From Patescibacteria group bacterium (GTDB taxonomy: Bacteria > Patescibacteriota > Patescibacteriia > PEXW01): DNA of 64,000 bases. The stretch is taken from positions 39,202-103,201 of the forward strand of contig JBAYJA010000003.1 of NCBI GenBank assembly GCA_041665345.1, in the 5' to 3' direction. Positions 57,335-64,000 of this stretch are shown here, piece by piece (position 1 is the stretch's first letter; each line of letters starts with the position of its first letter). The notes beneath the pieces are model-generated. The model had not been told where the DNA came from, ran no database searches, and saw only the letters and a list, made by a program, of their open reading frames with translations. The position numbers were made by a program, and so were the translations under genes.

Positions 57335-58391
57335 CATTGATTGCCAAGCACTGGCTGGGAAGCAAACGGGCTTTGGGACGTACCTGAGTCAGTTGCTGCC
57401 AGCCTTGCGACACGTTGCAGGTCCAGACGATGTCTTTCAGGAAATACGTTCCATTGTGAAAGACTTGCGTACGCCCAGCCGGATGTTCTGGGATCAGGTA
57501 CGACTTCCTCTGGTGGCCATGCGCCAGCGACCAGACGTGCTCTTTGTTCCGGCATTTACCGCCCCCCTGCTGTGGCGAGGAAAATTAGTGGTCACGTGCC
57601 ACGATGTGATTGGCATGATTTTTCCACAGTACTTTTCCAAGAGCGCGCAGCTGTACTGGAAGACCCTGCTCCCGGCAAGCTTACGACATGCGGACCATGT
57701 GCTTACGGTGTCCACGGCGAGCAAGCGGGATATTGTCCGCTTGGTTGGGATTCCTGAGTCACGCATTACGGTCACTCCCCTGGCGGCAAAAAAAGTATTC
57801 CAGCCGCAATCCAACCCCGCATTGCTGACGCAGGTGCGGAGGACGTACAACCTGCCCCGCCCATTCTGCCTGGCTGTGGGTACCATAGAACCCCGCAAGA
57901 ATCTCCCGTTTCTCATTGAAACCTTTGCCACGGCCAAGCGGGAGAGCCATGATTTGGTCATCGTGGGCAAGCGAGGGTGGGACGCACCGCAAGTGGACCA
58001 GCGTATCCGGCAATTGCACTTAGGTGACCGGGTGCACATTCTGGAGTACGTCGCGGAAGCTGAGGTGGTGCAGCTCATGGCCGGGGCCACGGCACTGCTC
58101 TTCCCCTCGCGCTACGAAGGCTTTGGGTTGCCTGTTTTGGAGGCCATGGCTAGTGGGACGCCAGTGGTTGCAAGTACGTCCTCTTCCATTCCTGAAGTTG
58201 CGGGTGATGCAGTGCTGTACGCTGATCCATCGGACATGGACGCTTGGCGGAGTCACATTGGTAACGTCATTAACGACAGTTTCCTGCGAGCGAAACTTCG
58301 GGCCAACGGCTTGCAGCGTGCCAAGCAGTTTACCTGGGAGAACACGGCGCAGCGTACCCTCGCCGTTTTCCATACCGTATGCAAAGTGTAG
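57324..58391 (+). CDS. GT4 glycosyltransferase
   Basis: TCHD, VGTIEPRKNL, FPSRYEGFGLPVLEAMASG, FTWE. Confidence 0.95.
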   Translation: MRVSIDCQALAGKQTGFGTYLSQLLPALRHVAGPDDVFQEIRSIVKDLRTPSRMFWDQVRLPLVAMRQRPDVLFVPAFTAPLLWRGKLVVTCHDVIGMIFPQYFSKSAQLYWKTLLPASLRHADHVLTVSTASKRDIVRLVGIPESRITVTPLAAKKVFQPQSNPALLTQVRRTYNLPRPFCLAVGTIEPRKNLPFLIETFATAKRESHDLVIVGKRGWDAPQVDQRIRQLHLGDRVHILEYVAEAEVVQLMAGATALLFPSRYEGFGLPVLEAMASGTPVVASTSSSIPEVAGDAVLYADPSDMDAWRSHIGNVINDSFLRAKLRANGLQRAKQFTWENTAQRTLAVFHTVCKV

Positions 58392-59809
58392 GCATCACCT
58401 GGTCACGTGGGCGCGTATGGCTGCTTGCCAGCGTTGCGCTGGTGCTCAGCTTGCCCATTGCCTGGGCAGCCAGCCGCGAACCACTCTTGGTTCTGGGGGG
58501 CATTGTGGGAATGCTAGCTTTGGGCGTGTGCATTGCTCGGCCGTGGTGGGGCATGCTTGGGGTGATTTTCCTTTTGCCGTTTGAACGCATTGGCTCCATT
58601 GATCTGGTTGGTATCACCATTCGGCCCAGTCAAGTGTTGGCTGTGTGCGTTTTGGTGGCCTGGCTGGTTCGGGTCATGGTGCGCGGGCGGCTGCGCTGGG
58701 AAGCGCAGCCCTTGCTGTGGCCCATGCTTGTCTTCTTGGCGGTGCAGGCAATTGCGCTGACGCACGTAGCGAATTCCACGCGGGGCATTGCCGTCTTTGC
58801 CTTTACCGCCTTCACCTTTGCGGTGTGCTTGGTGGTGCCACAGCTCGTGCGCTCCGAAGCGCACGCCCGCGCCGTCATTCTTACCCTGTCCATCAGCACG
58901 TTCTTGGTAGCGGGCTTTGGGTTGTTCCAATTCCTGGGTGATTTTGCGGGTTTACCAACATCGGTGACTGGTCTGCGCGACCTCTACACGAAAGCCGTGT
59001 TGGGTTTCCCCCGCGTGCAATCCACAGCATTGGAGCCGTTGTACTTTGCAAACTTCCTCCTGCTCCCGCTCTCCTTCCTCACGGCGCTCCTCTTTGGGCG
59101 GGAAGCACGCCGGGGTTTGTTGGGCATTCCCCTGCTCCTCATCGCTGGGCTGGCCTTCGTACTCACCGTGGCGCGGGGTGGGTACATTGCATTCGCCGCT
59201 TCCCTCATAGTCATCCTCGCCTTGTCCTGGCGCCAGCTGCTTCACCCTGGACGCATCCTGGCATTTGGCGCAGGCGCAGTGGTCATTGGCGTTTTTGCTT
59301 TGCAACTGTTGAACCTGGGGACCGATGCGTTTTCCGCACAGAAGTTTTCTGACCATGTTCGCAACCTTTTCACCGGTGCGTCATACGAAGAACGCATTGA
59401 TACGTTTACCTTGGCACAGCAAGCGTTCCGCGAGCAGCCGCTGGTGGGTATTGGCCCCGGGCAGTTTGGCCCGTACGCATCCATCAATCCGTTCTACCAA
59501 CCCAAAGACGGCTGGAAAATTGTGAACAATCTCAGCTTAGAATTGCTGGCCGAAACTGGGCTGCTTGGAACATTTGCAATTGCTAGTGCGTTCCTTATTC
59601 TGCTGATCAGAAGTGTACGCGCTTTGCGTGCTAAGCCACAGCCCTACGTCCGAGCATTGATTGTGGGTGGGACAGCGGTGGTTGTTGGCATCATGGTGCA
59701 GTACCAAACGTTTTCCATTCTCTACATCATGCACGTGTGGGTAGCGATTGGTTTGCTTATAGCGTTCCAAAATCTCGCATTGCGTAAACCAGCTGTCCCC
59801 AATGTCTGA
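58379..59809 (+). CDS. O-antigen ligase / Wzy-like membrane protein
   Basis: Multi-TM; RVQST..EP, T.ARGG, PLVGIGPGQF, NN..LELLAETG. Confidence 0.88.
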   Translation: MQSVGITWSRGRVWLLASVALVLSLPIAWAASREPLLVLGGIVGMLALGVCIARPWWGMLGVIFLLPFERIGSIDLVGITIRPSQVLAVCVLVAWLVRVMVRGRLRWEAQPLLWPMLVFLAVQAIALTHVANSTRGIAVFAFTAFTFAVCLVVPQLVRSEAHARAVILTLSISTFLVAGFGLFQFLGDFAGLPTSVTGLRDLYTKAVLGFPRVQSTALEPLYFANFLLLPLSFLTALLFGREARRGLLGIPLLLIAGLAFVLTVARGGYIAFAASLIVILALSWRQLLHPGRILAFGAGAVVIGVFALQLLNLGTDAFSAQKFSDHVRNLFTGASYEERIDTFTLAQQAFREQPLVGIGPGQFGPYASINPFYQPKDGWKIVNNLSLELLAETGLLGTFAIASAFLILLIRSVRALRAKPQPYVRALIVGGTAVVVGIMVQYQTFSILYIMHVWVAIGLLIAFQNLALRKPAVPNV

Positions 59810-61070
59810 TTGGTTCCTTCTGGGATTCATTGTGCTGAGCCTGACTGCAGGCGCGGTTGCTTGGTGGCGACCACAAGCTGGTGCACTCCTGCTAGTGCTC
59901 GCCTTGCCAGCGTACCAAGTTCGGGGAAGCATCTTCCACCTACCAACAACCTTGCTTGAGGGTATGCTTTTGCTTGCAGTTGCTGGTGCAGTGCTGCACT
60001 GGTGGTCTGGCCGGTCGCCCTGGCCGCGGATACCTAGCACCTGGTTGGTTTTTGCCGGTTTGTGGCTGGGCGTTGGGGTGGTGGGAGTGCTGGCCGCCCC
60101 AGATCACTGGCAGGCATTGGGGTTGTGGCGGGCGTACTTTCTGGAACCACTACTGACCATCCCCCTCTGGTGGTCGGTTGCTTCTTCGGAGGTTTGGCGC
60201 ATTCGGCTGCTCAATTTGGTTGCAGTGCAACTTGTGGTGATCGGTAGCATTGCTGTGCTGCAGCGATTGGGCTGGGTGTGGAGCCCAAGCCCCTGGATCG
60301 AGGAAAGTCCAGCACGCGTCACCAGCTGGTTTGCGTACCCCAATGCTGCGGCACTCTACGTCGCGCCACTCACTGCCTACCTTTTTGGCGCGGCAATCCG
60401 CTTACGAGAGCGCATTTCGGTGGTTCATTCCAGCCTGTGGATAACTGCCGCACTTTTTGGCTTTTTCACCTGTTTCTTGGTCTACTCGCGCGGCGCACTC
60501 TTCGCCCTTGGGGTTGGGATTGTCCTGACCAGCTTTTGGGCAGCACATCGGAAGCGTTGGTGGACGGTCATCGCGCTGGTCATCGTCGTTGGCTTGCTGC
60601 TCCCCGCAACGCGCCAGGTAGTAACCAAAGTTTTGACCAAGCAAGACACTTCCACCGACGTGCGGTCTGTCCTCTGGCAAGGGACGTGGCGTGTGGTGCG
60701 TGCCGAACCAATTTCCGGCGCTGGCTTGGGCGGGTTTCCCGTTGCGTACCAGAAGTACAAGCTCCCACAGCACATTGAATTTTTGCAGTACCCGCACAAT
60801 GCACTCCTGAATGTATGGACTGAACTTGGGATACTGGGCGTCGTGGCGAGCTGCATAGGCGTTTTCGGGCTTGGTGTAGCCCTTTTTCGGGGCTTGCGCA
60901 GGCGGGATCCGTGGGCAGTACCTGCACTCATTGCGTGGAGCGTGCTGCTCATCCATGGAATGATTGATGTACCGTACTTCAAAAATGATTTGGCAGTTCT
61001 GGCAGTGCTCCTGGCTGCACTGACGGTGTGTGCGCCAACCGGAGAAAACAAAAACGTCGTTCGCCACTGA
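59802..61070 (+). CDS. O-antigen ligase / Wzy-like membrane protein
   Basis: RVTSWFAYPN, SRGA, R..LW, PISGAGLGGF, YPHN..LNVWTELG. Confidence 0.9.
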   Translation: MSDWFLLGFIVLSLTAGAVAWWRPQAGALLLVLALPAYQVRGSIFHLPTTLLEGMLLLAVAGAVLHWWSGRSPWPRIPSTWLVFAGLWLGVGVVGVLAAPDHWQALGLWRAYFLEPLLTIPLWWSVASSEVWRIRLLNLVAVQLVVIGSIAVLQRLGWVWSPSPWIEESPARVTSWFAYPNAAALYVAPLTAYLFGAAIRLRERISVVHSSLWITAALFGFFTCFLVYSRGALFALGVGIVLTSFWAAHRKRWWTVIALVIVVGLLLPATRQVVTKVLTKQDTSTDVRSVLWQGTWRVVRAEPISGAGLGGFPVAYQKYKLPQHIEFLQYPHNALLNVWTELGILGVVASCIGVFGLGVALFRGLRRRDPWAVPALIAWSVLLIHGMIDVPYFKNDLAVLAVLLAALTVCAPTGENKNVVRH

Positions 61071-61138
61071 TCGGCTACGACGTCCTTGCTGTCTCAGCAG
61101 TGCGCACAGGGTGCGACTGCTGAGGAAGAGAAACGCGT

Positions 61139-61216
61139 TTAGCGCTTCTTTTTCTTTTTTGCAACTTTCTTTTTCTTTGTTGCTTTCTTGGTCTTCTTTA
61201 CCTTTTTCTTTGCCAT
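61139..61216 (-). CDS. 25-aa lysine-rich peptide (histone H1/Hc1-like composition)
   Basis: GGAAGGAGGT SD, then MAKKKVKKTKKATKKKKVAKKKKKR*; hairpin CAGCAGT..ACTGCTG downstream. Confidence 0.75.
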   Translation of the reverse strand: MAKKKVKKTKKATKKKKVAKKKKKR

Positions 61217-61345
61217 GGTGGTCGCACCTCCTTCCAATAAAAGCGTTAGTGACTATGAAAGTCAACGCTCACTCGAACGTGCAGACAGTGTAGCACAAAA
61301 AAACGTACTGCACAATGAAGTGCATGAAGTGTCAAGCAAAATGTA

Positions 61346-62143
61346 TTACCAGGGATGAGGTGCTCGTTCTCTTTCGGTGAAAAAAGTGTAAAAACCAACT
61401 GCAGCAAGTACCTCCACTACCCCGACGAAAAAAAATTCTTCATATGGAATTCCGGGAGTGCCGAAAAAAGTGAGCTTTTGGATTGCGTAGTTTCCGTGAA
61501 ACAGCCACTGTCCCAGGAAGGTCTCGGTGTATTCAAGGAGGAACGTCAGGAAGAGAAAATAGACGATAAGGTAGCCTACTTTTGCGTATGCGCGCCAGAA
61601 GCGCATCATGAGTATAGCCGTTGGAATGCCAGCGAACGTGAGGCCGAGCGTAAGATAGGCAAACGAACCGTGCCACACAAACAGTTCCGGGTACACCGTG
61701 CTGCTCATACAAAAGACAGCCAAGCCAATTGCTGCTATTGCGCAGAAGTAGAGAAGTTTTCGAGGCGCTAGTTTGTCTTGCGCCTTGTTTGAAAAAAATG
61801 TGTAGCAGGTAATTATGGTGTAGACTCCACAGGCCATCCAAACAAAATCTTCCAAAGGAATCACACCGTAGATTCGCCAGGGTAGGAATGTATGCGGAAC
61901 ATACCACAGATTGCTTACGGTTCCAATATAGTCAACGACAAATGCAAACGGGAATGGGATCAGTAACGCAAAAGTTGCGTGTTGCGCAGCTTGACGCCAA
62001 TTTGCCTTGCGCAAGGTGAGGTACAATCCAGGAACAAGGTACATGAGTATGACATTTGTGAAAAATGAAAGTTCGTAGTGAATCGCGAAAAAACATCCGA
62101 GGACGGGGAGTAGTAGCAGCATGAGTATCGTCACAGGTTGCAT
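61346..62143 (-). CDS. Membrane protein with two lycopene-cyclase-like repeats
   Basis: D......W....GVIPLEDFVW and E......W....GIPYEEFFF. Confidence 0.7.
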   Translation of the reverse strand: MQPVTILMLLLLPVLGCFFAIHYELSFFTNVILMYLVPGLYLTLRKANWRQAAQHATFALLIPFPFAFVVDYIGTVSNLWYVPHTFLPWRIYGVIPLEDFVWMACGVYTIITCYTFFSNKAQDKLAPRKLLYFCAIAAIGLAVFCMSSTVYPELFVWHGSFAYLTLGLTFAGIPTAILMMRFWRAYAKVGYLIVYFLFLTFLLEYTETFLGQWLFHGNYAIQKLTFFGTPGIPYEEFFFVGVVEVLAAVGFYTFFTERERAPHPW

Positions 62144-62308
62144 GTGCGTAGCTCTTACTCTAGATTTTCGTCATTTTCCTCTCGACCAGGAGGGTTTTGT
62201 TCGTCTCATTCATACAGTCATTTCTTCATGTAGTATACCCGTTGATCGTTGAAAGAAAAAGCAGAGGAACGAATAATGTTCGTTCCCCTCTCGTCGTTCT
62301 TGAAGATG

Positions 62309-64000
62309 TTAGCGACCGCTGCGGCCAGCGCGCTTGCGATCATTCGGATCCAGCAAGCGTTTGCGCACGCGGACACTCTTGGGTGTAACTTCGACCAGTT
62401 CATCACCGCCAATGTACTCCAGCGCAGCCTCTAAGGTGAGGAGACGGGCGGGTGCCAGCTGAATTGCTTCATCGGCGCCCGAGGCGCGCATGTTGGACAG
62501 GCGCTTGGACTTGCAAATGTTCACTTCAATATCCTCATCCCGGCTGTTTTGACCCACGACCATACCCTGGTACACCGGGGTGGCCGGGTTAATGAAGAGC
62601 ACGCCACGACCCTGGGCAGCTTCCAAACCGTAGGCATTTGCTTCCCCGGCTTCGGTGGCAATCAGGGAGCCATGCGGGAACGGGTTCATATCTCCGGCGG
62701 CTGGGCGGTAGCCTTCCACCAGGTGGTGCATGATGACTGTGCCGCGGGTGGCCGTGAGCAGTACGTTCTTCAGGCCAATCAGTCCACGGGTGGGAATTTG
62801 GTACTCCAGGTGCGCCTCGCCATTGGGTGTTACTTCCAAGTGCGTGAGCTCGGCACGGCGCTTTCCCACTTCGGCAATCACGTCGCCCTGGTTTGCTTCG
62901 GGCACATCAATGGTTAGCTCTTCCCAGGGTTCGTGGATGACGCCGTTCACCTCTTTGGTAATGACGCGTGGCTGTGCAATTTGCAATTCAAAGCCTTCGC
63001 GCCGCATGGTTTCAATGAGCACGCTTAGGTGGAGCTCGCCGCGACCCGAAACCAGGAATTGGTCTGAACCACTGGTCACTTCTACGCGAAGTGCAACGTT
63101 CGTTTCCAGCTCTTTGGCCAGCCGCGCTTGCAGGTGGCGGGAGGTCACAAACTTTCCTTCCTTGCCGGCAAAGGGACTGTTGTTCACCCCAAAGGTCATT
63201 TGAATGGTGGGTTCATCAATCGCCACCGGTGGCAAGGGGCTGGGGTTAACGGCGCTGGTGACGGTTTCACCAATCCGGATGTCATCAAAACCTGCCACGG
63301 CAACAATATCACCAACAGTTGCAGAGGGAACGCTCACCCGGTCAAGCCCGTGGTAGACCAGGAGATCCGTAGCTTTCGCTTTGGTTAAGGTTTTATCTAG
63401 ACGAGCAAGAGCAACTTCTTCAGCGCGGGTAATGGTGCCGGCCGTCACTTTGCCAATGCCCATGCGGCCTTTGTAATTATCGTACGCAATGGACAGGGTG
63501 AGGATTTGCAGGGGGGCGTTGGGGTCGCCTTTTGGCTCGGAGACGGTTTTGAGAATAGTTTCAAAAAGCGGTTGCATGTCCACGCCGGGGACGGCCATGT
63601 CCAAGGTAGCCTGCCCGTGGACGGCAGCGGTGTAGACAATGGGAAATTCCAGCTGCTCGTGCGTGGCGCCCAGCTCAACGAATAAATCAAATGTCCGGTT
63701 CACGACATGCTCCACTTGCGCGTCCTTTCGGTCAATTTTGTTGATGACCACAATGGCGCGGTGGCCCAGTTCCAGAGCTTTCCGGAGGACGAACTTGGTT
63801 TGGGGCATGGGGCCTTCTTTCGCGTCAATCAGCAGCAGCACACCGTCCACCATGCGCAGGGTTCGTTCCACTTCCCCGCCAAAGTCGGCGTGGCCAGGCG
63901 TGTCCACAATGTTTATCGTTGTATCGTGGTACACCACGCTAGCGTTCTTGGCCTTGATGGTAATGCCGCGTTCCCGCTCCAAATCCATGGAGTCCATGAT
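62309..64000 (-). CDS. typA: Translational GTPase TypA/BipA (N-terminus outside the window)
   Basis: LERERGITI, DTPGHADFGGEVER, NKID, GRGELHL, ELVEVTP. Confidence 0.98.
   Translation of the reverse strand: MMDSMDLERERGITIKAKNASVVYHDTTINIVDTPGHADFGGEVERTLRMVDGVLLLIDAKEGPMPQTKFVLRKALELGHRAIVVINKIDRKDAQVEHVVNRTFDLFVELGATHEQLEFPIVYTAAVHGQATLDMAVPGVDMQPLFETILKTVSEPKGDPNAPLQILTLSIAYDNYKGRMGIGKVTAGTITRAEEVALARLDKTLTKAKATDLLVYHGLDRVSVPSATVGDIVAVAGFDDIRIGETVTSAVNPSPLPPVAIDEPTIQMTFGVNNSPFAGKEGKFVTSRHLQARLAKELETNVALRVEVTSGSDQFLVSGRGELHLSVLIETMRREGFELQIAQPRVITKEVNGVIHEPWEELTIDVPEANQGDVIAEVGKRRAELTHLEVTPNGEAHLEYQIPTRGLIGLKNVLLTATRGTVIMHHLVEGYRPAAGDMNPFPHGSLIATEAGEANAYGLEAAQGRGVLFINPATPVYQGMVVGQNSRDEDIEVNICKSKRLSNMRASGADEAIQLAPARLLTLEAALEYIGGDELVEVTPKSVRVRKRLLDPNDRKRAGRSGR

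Overview
Bacterial chromosomal window around the replication origin (dnaN-dnaA-oriC-rpmH-rnpA-yidD-yidC). Gene content, near-leaderless housekeeping genes and the style of the hypothetical proteins suggest a Patescibacteria/CPR (Parcubacteria-like) organism; this is inference. Core genes (tsaE, tsaD, valS, PilB/GspE ATPase, pepA, ruvB, typA, Hsp20, a flippase/GT4/O-antigen-ligase cluster) are interspersed with accessory DNA. (i) A tandem array of self-contained promoter-gene-terminator units at 5.8-10.5 kb, four of whose proteins share a secretion leader. (ii) Two paralogous, probable remote DGR target genes at 1-157 and 11932-12375. (iii) An ~8.25 kb AT-rich island integrated in the 3' end of tRNA-Glu (24467-32724). 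Its large serine recombinase contains its own att site, so integration and excision would swap the enzyme's C-terminus. It also carries a P4 CI / P1 C4-like structured antisense RNA architecture, a TerS-like gene and HEPN / PD-(D/E)xK nuclease cargo. (iv) A GT2-deacetylase / GH46 chitosanase / sortase-type adhesin / CBM-deacetylase surface-glycan locus. (v) Several unannotated structured RNAs, REP-like mosaics and a 25-aa Lys-rich peptide.
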